This document shows, piece by piece, positions 1-9,931 of a stretch of 64,000 nt of DNA. Positions within the stretch are counted from its first letter, which is position 1, and the number at the start of each line of letters is the position of its first letter. The position numbers and the translations under genes are program-made. The notes under the pieces are model-generated. The model did not search any database and was not told where the DNA came from. It saw only the letters and a list, made by a program, of their open reading frames with translations. The stretch is from Micromonosporaceae bacterium (GTDB lineage Bacteria > Actinomycetota > Actinomycetes > Mycobacteriales > Micromonosporaceae): assembly GCA_047459215.1 (NCBI GenBank), contig VSBZ01000004.1, positions 6,693-70,692 of the forward strand, written 5' to 3'.

Positions 1-1
1 G

Positions 2-508
2 GTGTCCAACCTGTTCGCGGGCCTGACCGTAGCCGACAACGTGCGGCTGGCCGCCCAGGCGGCCCATCGCAGCCGGATGCGGTTCTGGAGGCCGATGCGC
101 GACGCCGATCCCGTCGTACCGCCGACGCTGGTGACGCTGGAGCAGGTCGGCCTCGCGGCCCGCGCCAGGGACGCCGTGGCCGACCTGTCCCACGGCGAGA
201 GGCGGCAGCTCGAGATCGCCATGGCACTGGTGACCCGGCCGAGGCTGCTGCTGCTCGACGAACCGGCGGCGGGCCTGTCCGCCGGGGAGCGGAGCCGGCT
301 GCGCGGGCTGATCGAACGGCTGCCCGCCGACCTGCCGATGCTGCTCATCGAGCACGACATGTCCCTGGCGCTGGACGTGGTCGACCGGGTGCTGTGCCTG
401 GACAACGGGCGGCCGATCGCGCTGGGCACCCCGGACGAGGTCCGTGACAACCCGCAGGTGCGAGCGGTCTACCTCGGGAGGGCAGGTGGCGATGCTGGAG
501 ATCCGTGA
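2..508 (+). CDS. livG: Branched-chain amino acid ABC transporter ATP-binding protein (LivG-like), 5' end outside window
   Basis: ORF 2..508. ABC signature LSHGERRQLEIA, Walker B LLLLDEPAAGL, H-loop LLIEHDM and C-terminal NPQVRAVYLG. Walker A is missing because the N-terminus lies upstream of the window. Confidence 0.85.
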   Translation: MSNLFAGLTVADNVRLAAQAAHRSRMRFWRPMRDADPVVPPTLVTLEQVGLAARARDAVADLSHGERRQLEIAMALVTRPRLLLLDEPAAGLSAGERSRLRGLIERLPADLPMLLIEHDMSLALDVVDRVLCLDNGRPIALGTPDEVRDNPQVRAVYLGRAGGDAGDP

Positions 509-1193
509 CGTCCACGCCGGCTACGCGACCGCCTCGGTGCTACGCGGTGTGTCGCTGACGGTCTCGGCTGGGGAAACTGTAGCTCTGCTCGGGCGCAACG
601 GCATGGGCAAGTCCACCCTGGTCCGGGTGGTCTGTGGGCTCACCCCGCCGGTCCTCACCGCCGGCTCGGTCGCCTTGGACGGCGAGCGGATCGACCACCT
701 GCCCAGCTATGCGGTCGCCCGCCGGGGGATCGGGCTGGTGCCGCAGGGGAGGCGAATCTTCGGCAGCCTGACGGTGGAGGAGAACCTGCGGGTGGTGCCG
801 GACCGGGGTGGCGGCACCTGGTCGCTGGACGCGGTGTACCACCTGTTTCCGCGGCTACGGGAGCGGCGCCGCCAGCGTGGCGCCACGCTGTCCGGTGGCG
901 AGCAGCAGATGCTCGCGATCGGTCGGGCGCTGATGACCAACCCACGGCTGCTCATCATGGACGAGCCGTCGGAGGGGCTCGCACCCACGGTGCTGGACGT
1001 GCTCCGCGAGCGGTTGCGGGAGCTGCGCGGAACCGGTCAGGCTCTGCTGATTGCCGAACAGAACGTGGACCTGGCGCTGGACCTCGCCGACCGGGTGGCG
1101 ATCCTGGGCGCCGCCGGCACGATGGTGTGGCAGGGTACGGCCGGCCAGCTCCGCGCCGACCCGGCACCGATCCACGAGCACCTGGGCCTGTGA
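492..1193 (+). CDS. livF: Branched-chain amino acid ABC transporter ATP-binding protein (LivF-like)
   Basis: ATG at 492 (MLEIRDVHAGY...) overlaps the upstream stop (506-508). Walker A GRNGMGKST, signature LSGGEQQMLAIG, Walker B LIMDEPSEGLAP. The longer ORF start at 444 was rejected. Confidence 0.87.
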   Translation: MLEIRDVHAGYATASVLRGVSLTVSAGETVALLGRNGMGKSTLVRVVCGLTPPVLTAGSVALDGERIDHLPSYAVARRGIGLVPQGRRIFGSLTVEENLRVVPDRGGGTWSLDAVYHLFPRLRERRRQRGATLSGGEQQMLAIGRALMTNPRLLIMDEPSEGLAPTVLDVLRERLRELRGTGQALLIAEQNVDLALDLADRVAILGAAGTMVWQGTAGQLRADPAPIHEHLGL

Positions 1194-1379
1194 ACGAGGA
1201 AGTGACGGATGGCGGTGTCGACCACCAAGGTGGAGCCTGGTCCGAACGCGACGGTGTTCATGCGGTCAACAACCTCAGCGCCCCTGGCGCCCGGCTGGAG
1301 CTCGAGGTGACCGCTGCGTCCTGACCACAAGCGGTCATCGATGTGAACCGTGGCGCCCCCGTAGGGGCACTGGGTGTCA

Positions 1380-1391
1380 CAATCGTTTGCA
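1380..1391. promoter_or_regulatory. Candidate LacI-family-type operator, copy 1 (CAATCGTTTGCA)
   Basis: Exact 12-mer shared with 4334..4345. The 14-mer CACAATCGTTTGCA (1378-1391) matches a TGCAAACGTTTGCA-type palindrome at 11/14 positions. It lies about 35 nt upstream of the ATG at 1426. Confidence 0.4.
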
Positions 1392-1425
1392 TATCACTGG
1401 GGAAATGCGAGACCAAGGGTGTGAG

Positions 1426-2379
1426 ATGACGAGGAACGGTACGAGACCCGGGGCGGTGGGCTGGATCGGTGCGGGTCGGATGGGCGCGGCGATGGCGGCC
1501 CGGCTCATCGCGGCGGGCTACCAGGTGGCGATCTGGAACCGGACCCGTTCCAAGGCGGAGGCGGTCACCGGCGCCACCGTGGTGGACCGGCCGGCGGACC
1601 TGGCCGGGCATCCCGTCGTGTTCACCATGGTGGCCGGCGGGCCGGAGCTGGCGCAGGTGCTCTTCGACGGGGACGGCCTGCTGACCGGGAACCGCCTTCC
1701 CGAGATCGTGGTCGACTCCTCCACCATCGACATCGACGAGGCGACCGCCCTGCGCGAGCGGGCGGCCGAGCGGGGTGTGACGCTGTTGGCCGCACCCGTG
1801 TCCGGCAACGCCAAGGTCGTCAAGGCCGGCAAGCTCACGTTCGCGGTGTCAGGCCCGAAGGCGGCATACGAGCGGGTACGTGATCTACTGGCGGCGATCG
1901 GCGGCGGCGTGACGTACCTGGGCGAGGGCGAGGTCGCCCGGCTGGTCAAGATCTGCCACAACCTGCTGCTGGGGGTCGTGACCCAGACCATGGCGGAGAT
2001 CACGGTGCTCGCGGAGAAGGGCGGCGTCAGCCGGTACGACTTCCTGGACTTCCTCAACCGCAGCGTGATGGGCTCCCTCTTCACCCGCTACAAGACTCCG
2101 GCGTTCGTCAATCTGGACTTCACGCCGACGTTCACGCCGGTGCTCCTGCGCAAGGACTTCGACCTGGGCCTGGCAGCCGCCCGCCGGCTGGGCACGACGC
2201 TGCCGGTCGCGGCGCTGGTGCACCAGCTCATCTCAGCCGAGGTCAACCGGGGGCACGTCGACGAGGACTTCGCGATCCTGCTGCGTACCCAGGCGGAGAA
2301 CGCCGGCTTGCAGCTGCGTCCGGAGAACCGGCCGGTCACTGACGGGCTCACCACCGAGGACTCGCACCCGGAGACGTGA
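1426..2379 (+). CDS. NAD(P)-dependent beta-hydroxyacid dehydrogenase (3-hydroxyisobutyrate/6-phosphogluconate dehydrogenase-like)
   Basis: Start ATG 1426 (MTRNGTRPGAVGWIGAGRMGAAMAARL...). Rossmann motif GWIGAGRMG, and the HIBADH-family core is readable (VVDSSTI, APVSGN, KICHNLLLG). The N-terminal 125 aa of ORF 1051..2379 look non-coding. Confidence 0.8.
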   Translation: MTRNGTRPGAVGWIGAGRMGAAMAARLIAAGYQVAIWNRTRSKAEAVTGATVVDRPADLAGHPVVFTMVAGGPELAQVLFDGDGLLTGNRLPEIVVDSSTIDIDEATALRERAAERGVTLLAAPVSGNAKVVKAGKLTFAVSGPKAAYERVRDLLAAIGGGVTYLGEGEVARLVKICHNLLLGVVTQTMAEITVLAEKGGVSRYDFLDFLNRSVMGSLFTRYKTPAFVNLDFTPTFTPVLLRKDFDLGLAAARRLGTTLPVAALVHQLISAEVNRGHVDEDFAILLRTQAENAGLQLRPENRPVTDGLTTEDSHPET

Positions 2380-2512
2380 CCGTGGCCGGCGGGCGGGGGA
2401 GGGGGAGGTGATCCGGCCGACGAGCCGGGCACGGGGCTGTCGTACGGCTCGACACCTGGCAGGCTCGCCGGGCGTCGCTCCACTGGCGACCCTAGCGGAC
2501 GGAGGCGTAGGA

Positions 2513-4180
2513 ATGACCGAACCGACGGTGAATCCCCGGCGTGAGGCCGACGCGGATCCTTGTGCCGTGGACTTGGTCGTGCGCGGCGGCCGGGTGTGGA
2601 CCGGTGAGCGGGACGGCCGCGAGCCGACCGCACTGGCGGTGCGGGACGGCCGGATCCTCGCGGTCGGGACCGATGAGGAGCTGGCGCCGCTGGCCCGGTC
2701 TGCAGCTCAGGTGATCGACCTGGCCGGTGAGCGGGTCCTGCCCGGGCTGCAGGACTCGCACATCCACGCGGTCCGGGCCGGGCTGACGTGGGACCGTGAG
2801 CTGCATTGGGAGGAACTACGCTCCCTGAAAGCCGCGCTGGACAGCGTCCGCGAGCGGGCAGCTACCGTCCCGCCCGGCGAATGGATCACCGTGGTCGGCG
2901 GCTGGCACGAGCGGCAGTTCGCCGAGCGGCGGATGCCCACCCGGGACGAGCTGGACGACGTCGCCCCCGGCCACCCGGTGTTCGTCCAGATGATGTACGA
3001 CCGCGCGGTGCTCAACACCGCGGCGCTTCGGGCGTGCGGCTTCGACGAGGTGTCGGACGACCCGCCACACGGTCGGATCGAGCGGGACGCCGCCGGACGG
3101 CCGACCGGCGTGGTGACCGGTGTCGGCGCCTTCCAGCAGGTCCTGGCGCGGGTGGGAACGCCCGGCCACCGGGAGCGCGTGGAGGGCACGCGGCGAATGC
3201 TCGCCGAGTTCGCACGGCACGGGATCACGTCCGTGGTCGACGGCGGCGGCATGCTCATGAACCCGGAGAGCTACCACCCGTTGCTGGAGCTCTGGCGCTC
3301 CGGTCGGCTGCCGGTACGGGTGCGCCTGTTCATCTCCGCGTCGACCAGGGGTGCTGAGCGGGAGGAGCTGACCCAGTGGATGCGGCACACCGTCCCTGGA
3401 TTCGGCGACGACCTCGTGCGCATCGGCGGACTGGGGGAGATAGTCCACTACGGATGTCACGACCTCGAAGGACTCGAGCCGTACGAGATGGACGACGAGT
3501 CGTGGCGCGAGCTGGTGGAGATCACCCGGTTGGCGGTGCGGTACCGCTGGCCGATGAGCGTGCACGCGGTGCTCGACCACACCCTTGGCCGGGTGCTCGA
3601 CGCCTGGGAGAGCGTGGCGGCCGACCACGACCTGCGGCCTCTGCGGTTCTCGATCGTGCACGCCGACCAGGCGAGCCCCGAGAACATCCGCCGGATGGCG
3701 GCGTTGGGTGTCGGCGTGCTCGTACAGAACCGGCTGGTACTCAGGGCCACTGACTACCTGAACCTGTGGGGGCGGGAGCAGACCCTGCGCACCCCGCCGA
3801 TTGGCGACCTGGTGGCCGCGGGACTGCCGATCGGCGCCGGCTCCGACGCCACCCGGGCGAACTGGTACCAGCCCTGGGCGTCGCTGTGGTGGCTGGTCAC
3901 GGGCGAGTCGGTCGACGGGTGCGAGCCACGCGACCCTCGGCACCGGTTGAGCGTGGCTGAGGCGCTGCGGGCCTACACCCGTGGTGGAAGCTGGTTCACC
4001 TTCGAGGAGGACCGTCGAGGGCTTCTCGCGCCGGGGTACGCGGCCGACTTCTTCGTGCCCACCGCCGACCCGTTCCGCGTCGGGCCGTCCGCACTGCCGG
4101 ACATCCGCAGCGACCTGACCGTCCTGGCCGGTCGCATCAGCTACTCCAGCGGCCGGTTCGCGCCCGCCTCGACCACGTGA
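2513..4180 (+). CDS. Amidohydrolase family protein (Amidohydro_3 / YtcJ-like metal-dependent hydrolase)
   Basis: ATG 2513 preceded by GGAGG (2501-2505). N-terminal DLVVRGGRVWTG...LPGLQDSHIHA metal-binding HxH motif and C-terminal GSDA motif, both typical of the family. Confidence 0.8.
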   Translation: MTEPTVNPRREADADPCAVDLVVRGGRVWTGERDGREPTALAVRDGRILAVGTDEELAPLARSAAQVIDLAGERVLPGLQDSHIHAVRAGLTWDRELHWEELRSLKAALDSVRERAATVPPGEWITVVGGWHERQFAERRMPTRDELDDVAPGHPVFVQMMYDRAVLNTAALRACGFDEVSDDPPHGRIERDAAGRPTGVVTGVGAFQQVLARVGTPGHRERVEGTRRMLAEFARHGITSVVDGGGMLMNPESYHPLLELWRSGRLPVRVRLFISASTRGAEREELTQWMRHTVPGFGDDLVRIGGLGEIVHYGCHDLEGLEPYEMDDESWRELVEITRLAVRYRWPMSVHAVLDHTLGRVLDAWESVAADHDLRPLRFSIVHADQASPENIRRMAALGVGVLVQNRLVLRATDYLNLWGREQTLRTPPIGDLVAAGLPIGAGSDATRANWYQPWASLWWLVTGESVDGCEPRDPRHRLSVAEALRAYTRGGSWFTFEEDRRGLLAPGYAADFFVPTADPFRVGPSALPDIRSDLTVLAGRISYSSGRFAPASTT

Positions 4181-4333
4181 GCGCCAGCGGCCGTGGCGGC
4201 TGCCGGCGGGCGGCGGCACCGGCGGCAGGTGGGGCGGCGTCGGGCGCCGGCAGACGGTGGGGCGCAGGCGGGTGCGCCGCGTCGCCGGCGCGGGTCGCCG
4301 CCTTGACGGGGACTGACACCGGACCTAGGGTAG

Positions 4334-4345
4334 CAATCGTTTGCA
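4334..4345. promoter_or_regulatory. Candidate LacI-family-type operator, copy 2 (CAATCGTTTGCA)
   Basis: Exact 12-mer identical to 1380..1391. The 14-mer AGCAATCGTTTGCA matches TGCAAACGTTTGCA at 12/14 positions. It lies about 23 nt upstream of the RidA start at 4369. Confidence 0.4.
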
Positions 4346-4368
4346 CAGCCAGTCGGGAGGTCAGCGCA

Positions 4369-4821
4369 ATGGGTGATCGGGTGGATGGTGCCGAGCACAT
4401 CGAGATCATTCACCACGAGGGGTACGACCCGGCCATCAACAGTCCGTTCGTCCCCGCGATCCGAGTGGCCAGCGGGCGGCTGGTCTTCATCTCCGGGATG
4501 ACCGCCGCACCGTCCTATCACGACCACCCCCACGTGCCCGAGGTGTTCGACGCCGTCCCCACCGACATCGAGGGACAGGTCCGCCTGACCTTCGAGCACC
4601 TCGACATGGCGCTCAAGGCCGCCGGGTGCCGGCGTCGCGACGTGGTGTCGCTGACCAGGTACCTCACCAACGTGCGCGAGGACCAGGACGTGCTCAACGC
4701 CTACCAGAAGGAGTGGTTCCAGGGTCACATCCCGACCAGCACCACCGTGCAGGTCGTCTCGCTCGCCACCGACCCGCGCCTGCGCCTGGAGATCCAGGCG
4801 ATCGCGGTTGCCCCGGTCTGA
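4369..4821 (+). CDS. RidA family protein (YjgF/endoribonuclease L-PSP fold)
   Basis: ATG 4369 preceded by GGGAGG (4355-4360). About 150 aa with RidA-like blocks (RLVFISGMTA, GQVRLTFEHLDMALKAAG, VVSLTRYL, LRLEIQAIAV). Confidence 0.8.
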   Translation: MGDRVDGAEHIEIIHHEGYDPAINSPFVPAIRVASGRLVFISGMTAAPSYHDHPHVPEVFDAVPTDIEGQVRLTFEHLDMALKAAGCRRRDVVSLTRYLTNVREDQDVLNAYQKEWFQGHIPTSTTVQVVSLATDPRLRLEIQAIAVAPV

Positions 4822-4906
4822 GGGCCGGCCCCAGCCCAGCTTCCCAGCCCAGCCCGGACCGAGCGGGGTCCGCCACGACGCCACCGACGTCTACGCGGCC
4901 GCGACG

Positions 4907-4939
4907 GACCGGGTGGCGTCGGGTCGACGCCACCCGGTC
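4907..4939. terminator. Bidirectional terminator-like hairpin between convergent RidA and acn
   Basis: Perfect 15-bp stem, GACCGGGTGGCGTCG (4907-4921) pairing with CGACGCCACCCGGTC (4925-4939), and a 3-nt loop. It sits 10 nt downstream of the acn stop. There is no T-tract, as is common in high-GC actinobacteria. Confidence 0.55.
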
Positions 4940-4949
4940 CCGGGGCCGG

Positions 4950-7754
<2,805 letters not shown>

Positions 7755-7879
7755 GTCGTTCTCCCTCGCTCGTGATGGGCTCGTCTGGGTGGGTATGGGC
7801 TCAGTGTCCCGTACCGGCGAGTGCTTCCCTGCACCGGCTGGCTTCCCCGCCGGCCGGGTCCACTAACCAAACCGTACGT

Positions 7880-7904
7880 CCGTCTTGCTATAGCGTCAAG
7901 ACGG
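7880..7904. promoter_or_regulatory. Inverted repeat in the acn / VOC divergent intergenic region (candidate operator)
   Basis: CCGTCTTG (7880-7887) and CAAGACGG (7897-7904) flank a 9-nt spacer that contains the GCTATAGC palindrome. This is a relatively AT-rich spot in a GC-rich intergenic region. Confidence 0.3.
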
Positions 7905-7920
7905 CGCTAGGCTGCGGGCC

Positions 7921-8283
7921 ATGATCCACCACGTACAGCTCGCCTGCCCGCCCGGATCCGAGGAGGCGTCCCGGGCCTACTACGTCGGCATCCTCGGCCT
8001 GACCGAGAAGCCGAAGCCGCCCGCCCTGGCCCAGCGGGGCGGATGCTGGTTCACCGGCCACGGCGGTATCGAGTTGCACCTGGGCGTCGAGCCCGACTTC
8101 CGGCCCGCCCGCAAGGCGCACCCCGGGCTGCTGTGGCCCGACCTGGACGCGCTGGCGGCGCGCCTGGAGGCCGCCGGGTACCCGGTGCGGTGGGCGGACG
8201 AGGGGGAGGTGCCGGGCCTGCGCCGGTTCCACACCGAGGACGTGCACGGCAACCGCCTGGAGTTCCTCGCCCCGGTCGCCTGA
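7921..8283 (+). CDS. VOC (glyoxalase/bleomycin resistance/dioxygenase) family protein
   Basis: 120 aa. MIHHVQLACP...HLGV...FHTEDVHGNRLEF shows the typical VOC metal-binding His/Glu pattern. Confidence 0.8.
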   Translation: MIHHVQLACPPGSEEASRAYYVGILGLTEKPKPPALAQRGGCWFTGHGGIELHLGVEPDFRPARKAHPGLLWPDLDALAARLEAAGYPVRWADEGEVPGLRRFHTEDVHGNRLEFLAPVA

Positions 8284-9169
8284 CCACTCCCGATCGCGGC
8301 CTGCGACCCGCGGGGCCGGTCCGGCGTGTGGCGTGAGCCGCGCGCCGGACGCTCTCGTCAGTGGGCAGGCCGCCGAGCAGGGTCGGGGCGTTCATCCACT
8401 CCGCGTCATGGATCCGCCCGGCAAGTTCGCGAAGGTCGACTGGGTCCACTGTCAGGACTTGCCTTCGCCGTGAGGGGCCGGTACGTGGACGGCAGGGTCC
8501 GTAGGTAGCCGAGGTGGACAAGGTCCGACCAGTGGTCGTCGTGTGAGTGGGAGACCACCACCGCGTCGACGTCCGCGGCCGCGACGTACCCCTGCAGCGG
8601 TCGACCACCCGAGCCTGCGCGGTCTGGCGGTCCAGGCCGAGCTCGCTGAGCACCTGGGCCGCCAGCCCGCCGCCCACCCGGCCCGGCTCCCCGCCCGGGC
8701 CGACCGGTGCGACCGGGTCGGTGTAGAGGGCCAGCAGGAGGTGTTCGGTGCCGACGTAGTTGTGCCCAAGCAGCAGCGCCTCGCGTACCGTTCCCTCGAT
8801 CACGGCCACGGCGCGCGGAGTGTGCGGCAGCGGCGGCTCCGGCGTCTCCGCGCCGCGCGGGACGCGGCGCAGCACCGCCTCCTCGACGGCGTCGCGGTCG
8901 ATGCCCGCCTCGACCAGGACCCGTGCCGCCAGGCCGTCCGGCTCGGTGTAGAGGGCGAGCAGGAGGTGTTCGGTGCCGACGTACGCGTGGCCGAGGCCGC
9001 GGGCGACCTCGCTCGCGGACGACAGCACCCGCCGGGCGCGGTCGGTGAACCGGTCCAGCCCCGGCGGGCGGGTGGCGGCGGCGAACCGCTTGTGCGCGGC
9101 CTGCTTGGACACGCCCAGGGCAGTGCTGATCGCGGTCCACGAGGCCCCGGCGTGGCGGGCGCGGTCCAC
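8051..9169 (-). CDS. Clp protease N-terminal (Clp_N repeat) domain protein; 3' part of the ORF is probably aberrant read-through
   Basis: GTG start 9169. Residues 1-190 (nt about 8600-9169) carry an HTH-like segment plus two Clp_N repeats (YVGTEHLLLALYT twice). From about nt 8600 down to the stop at 8051 the frame is Arg/Pro/Gly-rich, has no recognisable domain, and overlaps the opposite-strand VOC gene by 233 nt. Confidence 0.6.
   Translation of the reverse strand: MDRARHAGASWTAISTALGVSKQAAHKRFAAATRPPGLDRFTDRARRVLSSASEVARGLGHAYVGTEHLLLALYTEPDGLAARVLVEAGIDRDAVEEAVLRRVPRGAETPEPPLPHTPRAVAVIEGTVREALLLGHNYVGTEHLLLALYTDPVAPVGPGGEPGRVGGGLAAQVLSELGLDRQTAQARVVDRCRGTSRPRTSTRWWSPTHTTTTGRTLSTSATYGPCRPRTGPSRRRQVLTVDPVDLRELAGRIHDAEWMNAPTLLGGLPTDESVRRAAHATRRTGPAGRRPRSGVVRRPGRGTPGGCRARPRCGTGAGPAPPPRPPTAPGTRRPPGAPPARPGRATAARGAPCGRAGSRARRPGATRYRRGR
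8350..8597 (-). pseudogene. Remnant of an MBL-fold metallo-hydrolase gene (frameshifted, both ends missing)
   Basis: Minus-strand frame of ORF 8406..9140 reads GYVAAADVDAVVVSHSHDDHWSDLVHLGYLRTLP (the HxHxDH motif). A plausible continuation, VLTVDPVDLRELAGRIHDAEWMNAPTLLGG, is in a different frame (ORF 8051..9169) below about 8461. There is no N-terminal part and no proper start. Confidence 0.4.
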
Positions 9170-9427
9170 GTAGTAGCCGAGGACCGCGTCCCCGACCTCG
9201 GACAGGTCGGCGACCGTGGCGGCCGCGGTGGCGAGCTGGTCGAGCGGCTCGTCGACCCGTGGTTGACGCCTCCTGTGTCGGGGCCTCTGACGGGATTGGG
9301 GGCGGCGCCGGTTGCGGTCATCTCTGACAGGCGCGACATGCCCGGGTGCACAGCTGGTGCCATGGCGTGTTGTTCGTGTAACGCAGAGGATGTATGCTCA
9401 TTGGTCGATACGAGGTGGGGAGGCGAC

Positions 9428-9925
9428 GTGTCTGACCCGTACGCACCGGGCTGGCGTCCGGCGTACACCGGTCCGAACCCCGCGCTGGGCGATGTCGGTT
9501 CCGGCCGCGGCTTCGGCGCCGACCTGTACCAGCTGTACAAGGCAGGTCGATCGGAGCTGCCGGCCGCCGCCCAGAAGTTCGCTGAGCTGGCCGGCACGGT
9601 GCACTGGACCCACCAGTTCAGCGCTGCCCTGGCCAGGAACAATTGGCACGGGTACCGCGCCCACCTGCTGTGGGAGCAGCTGCGGGACGATCTGCAGCGT
9701 GCGCTGGCCAACGCGAGCCTGATCCTGGATGAAGCCGGCCGAAGGCTGGTGGAGACCGCCGACCGGTACTCGCGGACCGACGAGGAGGCGGCTGTCAGGA
9801 TGCGCGAGTTGCTGGACCAACAGAGCGAGCCGTCCCCCACCCCGCCCGTGCCACCCCGTCCGCCGATGCCCGAGGACTTTCTGCGGAGCCAGCGGCGGTC
9901 CGACCAGCCGGCACGGATCGCGTAG
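9428..9925 (+). CDS. Small helical protein with W-x-G and C-terminal YxxxD motifs (WXG100-like, putative type VII secretion substrate)
   Basis: GTG 9428 preceded by GAGGTGGGGAGG. 165 aa with a predicted helix-turn-helix centred on W-H-G (nt 9644-9652). YSRTD (nt 9767-9781) is followed by acidic residues and then a Pro-rich tail. The longer ORF 8543..9925 is antisense to the Clp_N gene and was rejected. Confidence 0.6.
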   Translation: MSDPYAPGWRPAYTGPNPALGDVGSGRGFGADLYQLYKAGRSELPAAAQKFAELAGTVHWTHQFSAALARNNWHGYRAHLLWEQLRDDLQRALANASLILDEAGRRLVETADRYSRTDEEAAVRMRELLDQQSEPSPTPPVPPRPPMPEDFLRSQRRSDQPARIA

Positions 9926-9931
9926 TGGAAC

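Noticed and set aside
1051-1425. N-terminal extensions given by the ORF track (for example 1051..1425, 2408..2512, 4177..4368, 24111..25007, 25832..26713, 49043..50377 and 38224..38289).
   Set aside because: The extensions are Arg/Pro-rich, overlap upstream genes or intergenic hairpins, and lack ribosome-binding sites. Internal ATG/GTG starts with good Shine-Dalgarno sequences and family-typical N-termini were preferred.
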